Below are positions 1 through 8,998 of a stretch of 23,414 nt of DNA, in pieces. Numbering within the stretch: position 1 is the first letter of the stretch; each line of letters starts with the position of its first letter. The DNA is taken from NCBI GenBank assembly GCA_048939995.1, contig JBHLOY010000023.1, forward strand, positions 1-23,414. The letters run 5' to 3'. Both the position numbers and the translations under genes were made by a program. Source of the stretch: Promethearchaeota archaeon. Its GTDB lineage: Archaea; Asgardarchaeota; Lokiarchaeia; Sigyniarchaeales; SOKP01. Under the pieces are notes generated by a model. That model ran no database searches, was not told the origin of the DNA, and saw nothing but the letters and a program-made list of their open reading frames with translations.

Positions 1-797
<797 letters not shown>

Positions 798-878
798 AAA
801 GAGGATTCAAGGATTCAGGCTTAGAGCGCTAAAGGTTTGTGTAAGTGAGATGATAAAAGAGAGTATGTTCCTAGATAA

Positions 879-890
879 TTCTTTTTTTTT
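879..890 (+). terminator. Putative archaeal oligo-T terminator of the rRNA transcript
   Basis: TTCTTTTTTTTT about 80 nt after the 23S 3' end. Confidence 0.45.
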
Positions 891-930
891 AAATCATTAG
901 AAGTAAGAAAAAGTTGAAACTGAAGTTTGG

Positions 931-1059
931 ATGAAAGATAATTGTCTAACAGGCCCAAAATATTGTCCGGAATGCGGGAAAGAATTAGAATCATACACTA
1001 CTAAATGTAAATTTTGTGGAAAATTATTAAAACAAGAAAAAGAAAAAAATAAAAAGTAA
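931..1059 (+). CDS. Small zinc-ribbon protein, 42 aa (not in the ORF track)
   Basis: Manual translation MKDNCLTGPKYCPECGKELESYTTKCKFCGKLLKQEKEKNKK*; CPECG-x9-CKFCG zinc-ribbon pattern; stop lies 4 nt from the stop of the convergent gene. Confidence 0.75.
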   Translation: MKDNCLTGPKYCPECGKELESYTTKCKFCGKLLKQEKEKNKK

Positions 1060-1063
1060 GCAA

Positions 1064-1327
1064 TCAAAAAATTTTACCCTTATTCTTTAAGAATATGTCC
1101 TTTTCTGCTATTAACCAGCAAAGTACATCGTAATCTGGCTTAGCAAAAAATATTTTTGCCGCTTTCTTCCTGATGAAATCCTCTTTCGGCTTTTTAAAGT
1201 TATATTGAATGTATAACTCTCTTTCAGCCAGCATCCAACATAGAGTATCATAAGGATGATTTTCATGAGACAAGAAGTAAGCGGCAATGTTGATTTGTTG
1301 TTTTAAATAATCATCTAATTTTCCCAT
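1064..1327 (-). CDS. Small protein with two tandem DUF2934-like repeats
   Basis: INIAAYFLSHENHPYDTLCWMLAERELY vs IRKKAAKIFFAKPDYDVLCWLIAEKDIF; resembles the I-x-x-AAY...W-L-x-AE-R-E pattern of DUF2934. Confidence 0.6.
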   Translation of the reverse strand: MGKLDDYLKQQINIAAYFLSHENHPYDTLCWMLAERELYIQYNFKKPKEDFIRKKAAKIFFAKPDYDVLCWLIAEKDIFLKNKGKIF

Positions 1328-1431
1328 TCTTTTTCAATAAGATAAATAAAATTTTAGCCTAAAAAGTCTATTTAAAAAAAAAAGAAATTAATAGTAGTTG
1401 ATATTTAATCATTTAAAATGAGTGTATTAAT

Positions 1432-1866
1432 ATGCCGAAATTAGAGAGGAGTATACAGTTAAAAGCTCCTATTAAAAAAGTATATGAAATCTTAAATGAT
1501 TATATGAGTTTACCCGTTTGGAATATAGTAGTAAATGAAATAACGCAGCTTGAGCCAAAAAAATACTTTCTGAAAACAAATGTTGGAGATATAATTAATA
1601 TTGAGGTAGAAAACATTCCAGAAAAGAAGATGACTTCTATTCAAGAAGGAAGTCCTATGGAAAAAATTGGATATATATTTGAAAGTAAAGGATCTGAAAC
1701 AATGGTTATACTTTGGTCTGAATTTGAGCTCGAGGATCAGAAAAGCATACTTGAGATGGCTGCAGATTTATTTCTAAAAAGTCTAAAAGTTTATGTTGAC
1801 TTCATTGTAGCAGGAGGAAATTCAAAGGAATATAAAAAGGCATTTGAAAAAATTAAGAGTGCCTAA
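1432..1866 (+). CDS. SRPBCC (START/polyketide cyclase-like) ligand-binding protein
   Basis: N-terminal ERSIQLKAPIKKVYEILNDY..LPVW signature; C-terminal helix LKSLKVYV; 144 aa. Confidence 0.8.
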   Translation: MPKLERSIQLKAPIKKVYEILNDYMSLPVWNIVVNEITQLEPKKYFLKTNVGDIINIEVENIPEKKMTSIQEGSPMEKIGYIFESKGSETMVILWSEFELEDQKSILEMAADLFLKSLKVYVDFIVAGGNSKEYKKAFEKIKSA

Positions 1867-1958
1867 GATATATTATAAACACCCCATTTCTAAATATTTA
1901 AAAATTTTAAATTTACTATTAAGTCAGTTCTATCTTAATAAAATTATCGGGTTAAGGA

Positions 1959-3338
1959 ATGCCATATTTTATTTTAAACGGAATAGGATTTCACTGTAGT
2001 CATAATAAACAAGATTGTCCTAGAAAGCTTAACTCATGCCATCAATGTATAAGAAATAGATTAAGTGAAATGGGATTTGAAATTGATTCAGAATTTAGGA
2101 TTTTTGAAATTGAATCTGATGAAAAACATTTAAAAATAGAAAGAGAACAGATATGGCAGAAATTTTTGGATGTCCTAAATATAAAACATATTTTAATTAT
2201 GGATAAGGATTCAGGATTGCCTATCTTGAATTATGCTGTTTCTGGAGTAGATCTAGATGTAGGATTACTAAGTGGATTCATTCAAGCAAACATTACTTTT
2301 TCTGAATCAGAGGAGGTATCTTCTAATAAATTTAATTCAGCTATAGAACATTCTTTTTATGAATTTCAGTATAAGGATTTTAATATCTTACTAAGAAATG
2401 GAGAGTATATTAGGATCTGCTTAATCCTTGATACTAAAGCCTCAGATAATATGAGATATCAAATTATTCAATTTTTATATGAATTTGAGAATACTTTTGA
2501 AGATGGTTTAATTGCTTTTAAAGATACCGGAGCTATAGAATTTGATGAAATGATTGATTTTATCATCAAAATGTTTAACGTAAATCTTGTTTTTCCAATG
2601 AATTTAACTAAATCAATTCCCCCTTATGAGATTGAAAATATTAATAAAAATTCTATTCAAAAAGCTGTTTATAATTTAGCTAATGAGCTACTTCTCTCGA
2701 AACAATTCTTCTTTATTAATAAATTACTAGATAAGGTAAAAAAAATAGTAAATATTGATGCAGATATAATCCTTTATGAAATAAATAAACTTTTAGAACG
2801 AAATATTATAATATCCACCAAACCTGAAGTTGTTATCAATAGAATTGAAACAGATTTGCAAGTAAATGACAAAAAGATCAATGCAATTAAATTTATATCT
2901 TCACTAATCAATATAGATAGTGATTTTAAGCAGCTAAAAGAAGAAATTGATTTAAAAAACGAATTTTCTGCGAAAAAACTCCTTAAAGGATTTATCAAAA
3001 AGGCAAAAATTGCTGAAAAAGATCTGGCTTTCCAAATAGCTCATAAAGAATATACTAAGGCTCTTTTTATTGCTAAAGAGCTAGAATTAAAGGATGAAGT
3101 CAATAGAATTTCTAATCTATTGTTTCAACTTGATTACAATAGTAAAAAAGTTGAATTAGATTTTGTATTAGAAATGGCTGAAAATTATGAGAAAAATAAG
3201 GATTACATTAATAGTATTCACTATTATCAAAAAGTAATAAAGATTCTTGAAAGTTTTCTTATTTATAATATTGCAGATGCAGATTCTCAACTAAAGAAGC
3301 TAAGGAAAAAAATTATCAAGTTGAGAGAGGAATTATAA
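1959..3338 (+). CDS. Multidomain protein: Cys/His-rich N-terminus, longin-like domain, helical (winged-helix-like) middle, TPR/MIT-like helical C-terminus
   Basis: HILIMDKDSGLPIL...LLSGFIQANITF...FYEFQYKDFNILLRNGEYIRICLIL...FLYEFENTF follows the Asgard longin-like pattern; C-terminal AENYEKNKDYINSIHYYQKVIKIL looks TPR-like. Confidence 0.6.
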   Translation: MPYFILNGIGFHCSHNKQDCPRKLNSCHQCIRNRLSEMGFEIDSEFRIFEIESDEKHLKIEREQIWQKFLDVLNIKHILIMDKDSGLPILNYAVSGVDLDVGLLSGFIQANITFSESEEVSSNKFNSAIEHSFYEFQYKDFNILLRNGEYIRICLILDTKASDNMRYQIIQFLYEFENTFEDGLIAFKDTGAIEFDEMIDFIIKMFNVNLVFPMNLTKSIPPYEIENINKNSIQKAVYNLANELLLSKQFFFINKLLDKVKKIVNIDADIILYEINKLLERNIIISTKPEVVINRIETDLQVNDKKINAIKFISSLINIDSDFKQLKEEIDLKNEFSAKKLLKGFIKKAKIAEKDLAFQIAHKEYTKALFIAKELELKDEVNRISNLLFQLDYNSKKVELDFVLEMAENYEKNKDYINSIHYYQKVIKILESFLIYNIADADSQLKKLRKKIIKLREEL

Positions 3339-4124
3339 TCCTAAATGATAAAATGAGGTCCTTCTATCTTCAAATAAATCATTATAGATATTGATCTTTT
3401 TATTTCTAGAATTTTTCAAGTCAATTTCTACGAAATCAACAGAAGTAGTATCATGTGGAGCAGTTGAAAGAATCTCTCCATCAAAGGAAGTAATTTGACT
3501 CGCTCCTGTAAATATAAAATCATCCGTACCTCTCATTTCTTGACCAATTCGATTCGATGTAATTGCATAAACCCTATTCTCTAAACATCGGATGACCATT
3601 GCTTTTTGGCAATAAGGGAGCACTAAATTTGCAGGATGAGCAATAATGTCTGCTCCTAGAAGAGAAAGCGTCCTCATAGTCTCAGGGAAAAACCAATCAA
3701 AACAAATCATCATTCCAATTCTTACACCTTTGACTTCATAAATACGCAATGGTAAATTTCCGGGAGAAAACCATAATTTCTCTTTATAATAAAGGTGTAA
3801 TTTCCGATAAATTCCAATTATATCTGCCCCTGATACCATTATCGCAGAGTTATAAATCTTATCCTCGAAATTTTCAATAAAACCACCAATAATTATGGCA
3901 CCAGTTTTTTTTGAAAGTTTTTTTAAGAAATTTACCGTTTTTCCATTTCTGTCTTCTCCTAATTCGTAAGCTTCTTTTTTAGAAATAAAGGTATAACCGG
4001 TAGCGAAAAGTTCTGGTAAAACTATTAGACTTGCCTTTACTTGCTCTAATAAATCCGCAACTTGTTTAAAATTATTTTCCTTTTCTCCAAAAATGGGGGA
4101 GATTTGAACATAACCCACTTTCAT
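3333..4124 (-). CDS. Carbon-nitrogen hydrolase (nitrilase/amidase superfamily)
   Basis: Glu-Lys-Cys catalytic triad motifs VLPELF, YRKLHL, MICFDWFFPE. Confidence 0.93.
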   Translation of the reverse strand: MKVGYVQISPIFGEKENNFKQVADLLEQVKASLIVLPELFATGYTFISKKEAYELGEDRNGKTVNFLKKLSKKTGAIIIGGFIENFEDKIYNSAIMVSGADIIGIYRKLHLYYKEKLWFSPGNLPLRIYEVKGVRIGMMICFDWFFPETMRTLSLLGADIIAHPANLVLPYCQKAMVIRCLENRVYAITSNRIGQEMRGTDDFIFTGASQITSFDGEILSTAPHDTTSVDFVEIDLKNSRNKKINIYNDLFEDRRTSFYHLGL

Positions 4125-4275
4125 AAACTAATTTTATTTAACTTTTAAGATTAATTTTATCATTCTTGAATAATCGCTATATTTTGAGGGAAGTTGAATT
4201 TTTAAAATAAAAATTAAATATAATTTGTAAGGTTCCTTATTTTAAAATCGAGATTATCTTAGAAGGTTTATAAAA

Positions 4276-4755
4276 TTGATAAAATGTTATTTTTGTAAGG
4301 CTATTATTCAAAACATCCCTTATAGATGTAAATACTGTGGTCTTTTGTTTTGTAATAAACACAGAATTCCAGAAAATCACTCTTGTCTGTTTGATCTAAA
4401 AATAAAATTTGAAAAATTGATTTATGAAGATGCACTAGATTTTGTGGAACAAAAATTAACTGTAGCTAAAATTTATGAGTATGTAACGAAAAAAGAGTTG
4501 AGTAAAGAGGAAGCATTAAAATTACTTAACTTTTTTATTGAATCTAGCTCAAATATAGATAATCGCATAAATAGTTTAACTGCTTTTGGCCTACTGAACC
4601 TGAACTCTGAGGAATCATTTAAAGTTCTCGAAAATTGTTTAATTTCAGATGAAAATCATGAGGTAAGAAGAACAGCAGCGAAAGTTTTATTAAAACTTTT
4701 TGCAAAAAAAAGTGAAGCATTAATAAACTATGCTCTAAATCAAAAATTAATTTAA
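4276..4755 (+). CDS. AN1-type zinc finger protein with C-terminal HEAT-like repeats (TTG start)
   Basis: CYFC-x10-CKYCGLLFCNKHRIPENHSC matches the AN1 pattern; LENCLISDENHEVRRTAAKVL is HEAT-like. Confidence 0.8.
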   Translation: MIKCYFCKAIIQNIPYRCKYCGLLFCNKHRIPENHSCLFDLKIKFEKLIYEDALDFVEQKLTVAKIYEYVTKKELSKEEALKLLNFFIESSSNIDNRINSLTAFGLLNLNSEESFKVLENCLISDENHEVRRTAAKVLLKLFAKKSEALINYALNQKLI

Positions 4756-4823
4756 AATTTAAGATTAAAGATTTTGATCTTTAAAAAGTTAAAGCAAAAG
4801 ATACTTTTCTAATTTATAAAACC

Positions 4824-5255
4824 TCATTGCTCTAAGTCTCTTGATATCTCCACTGCTGTCCTAAGGAATTCACCATAAGCCATCGCATCTTGAAGACTTC
4901 CTTCTATCGTAAGGTCTCCAGCCATATAAGCACTTGTCGAATCGATATCTCCCTGCATCATTCCCCCCATGATTTCTTGCTTACAAGATAAAGTATATGA
5001 AGGGTTATCTACTTCACCTTTTCCATATTCAAAGTTTCCTCCACCTAACTTAACCCAACATTTAAAGTCAGGATCACTAATCACAATTTGAGCAGAAAAT
5101 TCATTTATATCTTCTAGTTCTTCTCTTAATTCATCATTCTCAGATGACAATTGTTTTACAAATTCATAAATCTTTATTATATTATCTGGTTTTTCACTTA
5201 CCTTCTTATTATCATACATTTCTTTTATTTCTTTTGCTAAATGCAAATCAACCAT
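4824..5255 (-). CDS. SCP2 sterol/lipid-binding domain protein
   Basis: GKGEVDNPSYTL...MMQGDIDSTSAYMAGDLTIEGSLQDAM is the typical SCP2 C-terminal motif. Confidence 0.88.
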   Translation of the reverse strand: MVDLHLAKEIKEMYDNKKVSEKPDNIIKIYEFVKQLSSENDELREELEDINEFSAQIVISDPDFKCWVKLGGGNFEYGKGEVDNPSYTLSCKQEIMGGMMQGDIDSTSAYMAGDLTIEGSLQDAMAYGEFLRTAVEISRDLEQ

Positions 5256-5424
5256 ATACTGAACACTTCTTGATAATTTTTTTAATTTTATTAATATTTA
5301 TTTCTCTTTCTTTTATAAAAAACTATACTTATTTCGTACCATATAAATCATAAATATTGTACTCTCCTAATTTTATAATTTTATAAAAATATGGTAAATA
5401 CAAAATTATCAATCCACCAAAAAA

Positions 5425-5856
5425 ATGACAATTGAAGTATTAAAGCTTAATAACCAAAAAAGTAGCTTTCTGCAAAACTTATGGATAATTGAAAAAGGGT
5501 CAGGTATTTGTATTTTTGAGAAGAATTTTGAAAAACATAAAAAAATTAAATTCTCAAATAACTTGATATGTGGTTTCTTTTCTGCAATTTCTATGCTTGC
5601 GTTAGAGGTGTTTGCAGAAAGAATTTCTCACATTAAATTTTCAAACTGTAAATTAACCTTTAAGCATACGAAGAATTTTCTATTCATTTTCAGAATACAA
5701 AATCAACCTTCTCCAAGCACTTACAAAATAAATGATTTAATAAATGAAATCTCAAAGATGTTTGTTGATTTATATGATAACTCATTTCAAAATTGGAATA
5801 GGGATATTCGTCAATTTAAATCATTCTCTCATGATTTAGAAAATAAATTGTATTGA
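5425..5856 (+). CDS. Stand-alone longin-like (profilin/roadblock-like fold) protein
   Basis: LWIIEKGSGICIFEK...LICGFFSAISMLALEVF..ISHIKF...FLFIF...EISKMFVDLY...W; same pattern as the domain in 1959..3338. Confidence 0.65.
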   Translation: MTIEVLKLNNQKSSFLQNLWIIEKGSGICIFEKNFEKHKKIKFSNNLICGFFSAISMLALEVFAERISHIKFSNCKLTFKHTKNFLFIFRIQNQPSPSTYKINDLINEISKMFVDLYDNSFQNWNRDIRQFKSFSHDLENKLY

Positions 5857-5977
5857 TTTCAATATCTAAGCGAGAAGCTCTAAAATTCAATAAAAAAAGT
5901 AATATTTTATAGTATCATTATACCATACATCTTTAAGTCGAACTTTTTATATCTAAAATTACATAGATTACATTAAG

Positions 5978-6487
5978 ATGAAAAAAACCGTAAAAATTGT
6001 TGTTTCTGGAGATGGAGGTGTTGGAAAGACATCATTCTTAAATCGATTAGTATATGATTTCTTTAATGAAAGTAATGAGTTGACTAAGGGTGTTGATTTT
6101 TATTCCAAGATAATACAGGTTAATGGAACAGAATTTAATTTTGTATTATGGGATCTTGCAGGTCAATCACAATTTAAAGAAATATTGGATGATTTTGTAG
6201 AAGGTTCCATCGCTGCATTTGTCCTTTTTGATCTCTCTAGAATTAGTACAATTGATAGCGTTTATAAGTGGATAAATAAACTAGGAGAATGGGGAAACAT
6301 TCCAATCATAATTTTAGGTACGAAATATGATTTAGTTGATCTAAAAACTTGCACTTTGTTAGATGAGTATATCTCAAATCTTTTAAGCTCTAATCAGAAC
6401 ATAATTGAATATCTAAAGATTTCATCTAAAAAAGGTCTTAATATAAATCTAGCCTTTAATTTGCTGCTTATGAAGCTAAGCCAATAA
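5978..6487 (+). CDS. Ras-superfamily (Rab-like) small GTPase
   Basis: G1 GDGGVGKT, G2 TKGVDF, G3 WDLAGQ, G4 variant TKYD, G5 SSK; no C-terminal Cys prenylation motif. Confidence 0.92.
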   Translation: MKKTVKIVVSGDGGVGKTSFLNRLVYDFFNESNELTKGVDFYSKIIQVNGTEFNFVLWDLAGQSQFKEILDDFVEGSIAAFVLFDLSRISTIDSVYKWINKLGEWGNIPIIILGTKYDLVDLKTCTLLDEYISNLLSSNQNIIEYLKISSKKGLNINLAFNLLLMKLSQ

Positions 6488-6544
6488 AATATATTTTAGT
6501 AAAGATTAATTAAAAAAAGCTAGATTAAGATTAGAAAAGAATTG

Positions 6545-7594
6545 CTAAACTTTGACAACCCATCCATATTCATCTTCAATATCTAATCTCTGTATCCCAG
6601 TTAATAATTCATAAAGTTTTCTTGTTATTTCCCCAGGTTTACCTTCACTAAAAATTCTTTTTTTATCTTCTATTACTACAGACTTTATTGGAGTAATAAC
6701 TGCAGCAGTACCTGTGCAAAAAGTCTCAGAGCAAGAGTCTTCGAATAGTTCTTTGTATGAAATTTCCCTTTCTTCAACTTTCATTCCTAACTTCCTTGTA
6801 GCTAGCTCTAATATCGATTTTCGTGTTATTCCCGGTAATATCGTTCCGCTTAAATTAGGAGTAAGTAATCTTCCGTCGATTACAGCAAAAAAATTTGCAG
6901 TACCTACTTCGTCAATAAACTCCATATGGACAGCATCAAGAAAAATTACCTGTGCATACCCCCTCTCTTTAGTCTCTTTTGCTGGCAACATAGATCCAGC
7001 ATAGTTACAGCATGTTTTAGCAGCTCCAGTTCCTCCAGGAGCAGCTCTAGTATACTTTTTGGTGATCTCTAAATCAATCCCTTGAAAACCTTCTGGAAAA
7101 TATGGTCCAACAGGTGTTACAAAGATAATTAGCTTATATTCTTTAGCCGGTTTCACTCCGACTATTGGACCATTACCAATCATTAAAGGACGAATATATA
7201 ACGAGCCTCCACTATCATAAGGGGGAATATACTCTTCATTTGCCTTTACTACATCCTTAACGTTATTAACAAACTCATCTACATTATAATTTGGCATTAA
7301 CATTCGATCAGCGCTTTTGTTGAACCTTTGTGCATTTAATTCAGGTCTGAATAGAGTAATTTGTTCATTTTTAGTTCTTAAAGCCTTCATCCCTTCAAAA
7401 ATTCCTTGGCCATAATTTAATACACAAGCAGCGGGTGAGATTTCAAAATTGCCGAAAGGAACTAGCTTTCCCTTATCCCATTTATTATCCTTGTAATCAG
7501 ATACAAACATCGTTTTAGTTGGAATAAAGTCGAAACCTAATGAATTATAATCAATATAGTTAGGGTCCATAAGCATCATTAATGAATTGTGCAT
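6545..7594 (-). CDS. ilvE: Branched-chain amino acid aminotransferase (PLP fold type IV)
   Basis: LNYGQGIFEGMKA, YIRP, AAK(T)CCNYA catalytic Lys, EVGTANFF, ILPGITRKS, GTAAVITP. Confidence 0.95.
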   Translation of the reverse strand: MHNSLMMLMDPNYIDYNSLGFDFIPTKTMFVSDYKDNKWDKGKLVPFGNFEISPAACVLNYGQGIFEGMKALRTKNEQITLFRPELNAQRFNKSADRMLMPNYNVDEFVNNVKDVVKANEEYIPPYDSGGSLYIRPLMIGNGPIVGVKPAKEYKLIIFVTPVGPYFPEGFQGIDLEITKKYTRAAPGGTGAAKTCCNYAGSMLPAKETKERGYAQVIFLDAVHMEFIDEVGTANFFAVIDGRLLTPNLSGTILPGITRKSILELATRKLGMKVEEREISYKELFEDSCSETFCTGTAAVITPIKSVVIEDKKRIFSEGKPGEITRKLYELLTGIQRLDIEDEYGWVVKV

Positions 7595-7669
7595 TAAAAA
7601 ATGTTATTGATATTCTATGAATTCAAAAAAGAATTAATTCATAAAGTTAAAATTTTCTCTCCATCTTAA

Positions 7670-7677
7670 TTTATTAA
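7670..7677 (+). promoter_or_regulatory. Candidate TATA box of tRNA-Cys
   Basis: TTTATTAA about 30 nt upstream of the mature tRNA 5' end; AT-rich background lowers confidence. Confidence 0.35.
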
Positions 7678-7707
7678 AATTGAAATCTTGATAACTTGAA
7701 TTTTTTT

Positions 7708-7780
7708 GCCAGAGTCGCTTAGATTGGTCGAGCGACAGCCTGCAGAGTTGTTAACGGGAGTTCAAATCTCCCCTCTGGCT
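7708..7780 (+). tRNA. tRNA-Cys (anticodon GCA), intronless, CCA not encoded
   Basis: Acceptor GCCAGAG/CTCTGGC; D arm GCTT/GAGC; anticodon stem ACAGC/GTTGT with loop CT-GCA-GA (7742-7744); T arm GGGAG-TTCAAAT-CTCCC; discriminator U73 (Cys identity element). Confidence 0.95.
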
Positions 7781-7858
7781 CTTAAGCACCATAATTATCT
7801 CTAGATAGGTTTTGGTTTTTTCAAAAGATTTATCAAAAGGTCTTAGTTATTTGAACTT

Positions 7859-8755
7859 ATGTCATTACAGAAAATTACTGCAAAAAAATTAATAGACAAG
7901 AAGAAGAAAGGGGAAAAAATTGTTACAATTACTTCTTACGATTATTCTTTCGCAAAAATAGCAGACGAGTCTGGCATGGATTTAATACTGGTGGGGGATT
8001 CATTAGCAATGGTAGTGTTAGGTTATAAAAATACTCTGTCAGTTACCATGGATGAAATGATTCACCATACAAAAGCAGTGAGTAAAGCAGTTAAAAATGC
8101 TCTGATTGTTGGAGACATGCCTTTTCTCTCATATAAAGTAAATAAAACTGAAGCAGTTAAGAATGCGGGAAGATTTATTCAAGAGGGAGGAGCGGAGGCT
8201 GTTAAAATAGAAGGAGGTACAGAAATGTGTTCAACAATTAATAGCATAATTAATGCTGACATTCAGGTTATGGGACATATTGGTTTAACCCCCCAAGCAA
8301 TTTATCAATTCGGAGGATTCTTAGTTCAAGGAAAAACTATTGATACCGCAAAAAAGCTTATCCTAGATGCTATAAATTTGGAAAAAGCAGGTGTTTTTTC
8401 TATTGTTCTAGAGAGTATACCGTGGCAAATTGCGAAATTAATAACAAGCATCTTAAAAATCCCTACTATTGGTATTGGGGCGGGAAATTATTGTGATGGT
8501 CAGATACTAGTAATTCACGACATGTTAGGAATATTTACAGAAATTAAGCCAAAATTCCTTAAAAAATTTGGAAATATTGGAAAATCTATTAGGGATGCTT
8601 TAGAGAAATATAAAAATGAAGTAACTCAAGATATTTATCCTGATCTTGTCCACTCTTATGAGTTTCCAAGTGAGGATCTAAACGAAATTAACCAATGGTT
8701 CAATAATGTCAACTTTGATCAAGAATCACAAAAGTTAATGAATTCCTTAAAATAA
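7859..8755 (+). CDS. panB: 3-methyl-2-oxobutanoate hydroxymethyltransferase
   Basis: ITSYD, LILVGDSL, VGDMPF, AVKIEGG, MGHIGLTPQ, IGIGAG..CDGQILV.HDMLG. Confidence 0.97.
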   Translation: MSLQKITAKKLIDKKKKGEKIVTITSYDYSFAKIADESGMDLILVGDSLAMVVLGYKNTLSVTMDEMIHHTKAVSKAVKNALIVGDMPFLSYKVNKTEAVKNAGRFIQEGGAEAVKIEGGTEMCSTINSIINADIQVMGHIGLTPQAIYQFGGFLVQGKTIDTAKKLILDAINLEKAGVFSIVLESIPWQIAKLITSILKIPTIGIGAGNYCDGQILVIHDMLGIFTEIKPKFLKKFGNIGKSIRDALEKYKNEVTQDIYPDLVHSYEFPSEDLNEINQWFNNVNFDQESQKLMNSLK

Positions 8756-8998
8756 ATCATAAAAATAGAAATTTAATTTGGAAATTAGGTTATTTAAACA
8801 TTTTAAAAATCCTTTCACTTCGAAATCAATTTTCTATTTTCTATGTTTTAAAATGGTTGAGTTTAACTAAAAATTTGACGTTTAGAAAATTAAGCAAAAA
8901 TATAATTAAGAAAATTTATATTAATTAATATAATAGTAAGGAATTTGAATACTTAATAAAATTAAAATTCATATAAACTATAGATATGGTTGACTTGA

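Noticed and set aside
4765-4784. Hairpin TTAAAGAT-TTTG-ATCTTTAA between convergent genes
   Set aside because: Nearly all AT and plausible by chance at this base composition
7708-7780. tRNA-Sec, suggested by the possible long D-stem
   Set aside because: Anticodon is GCA, acceptor stem is 7 bp, variable loop is 4 nt, and the discriminator is U
8760-8860. Imperfect inverted repeats between panB and the Rab-like gene
   Set aside because: AT-only arms that are mutually incompatible; not convincing above background
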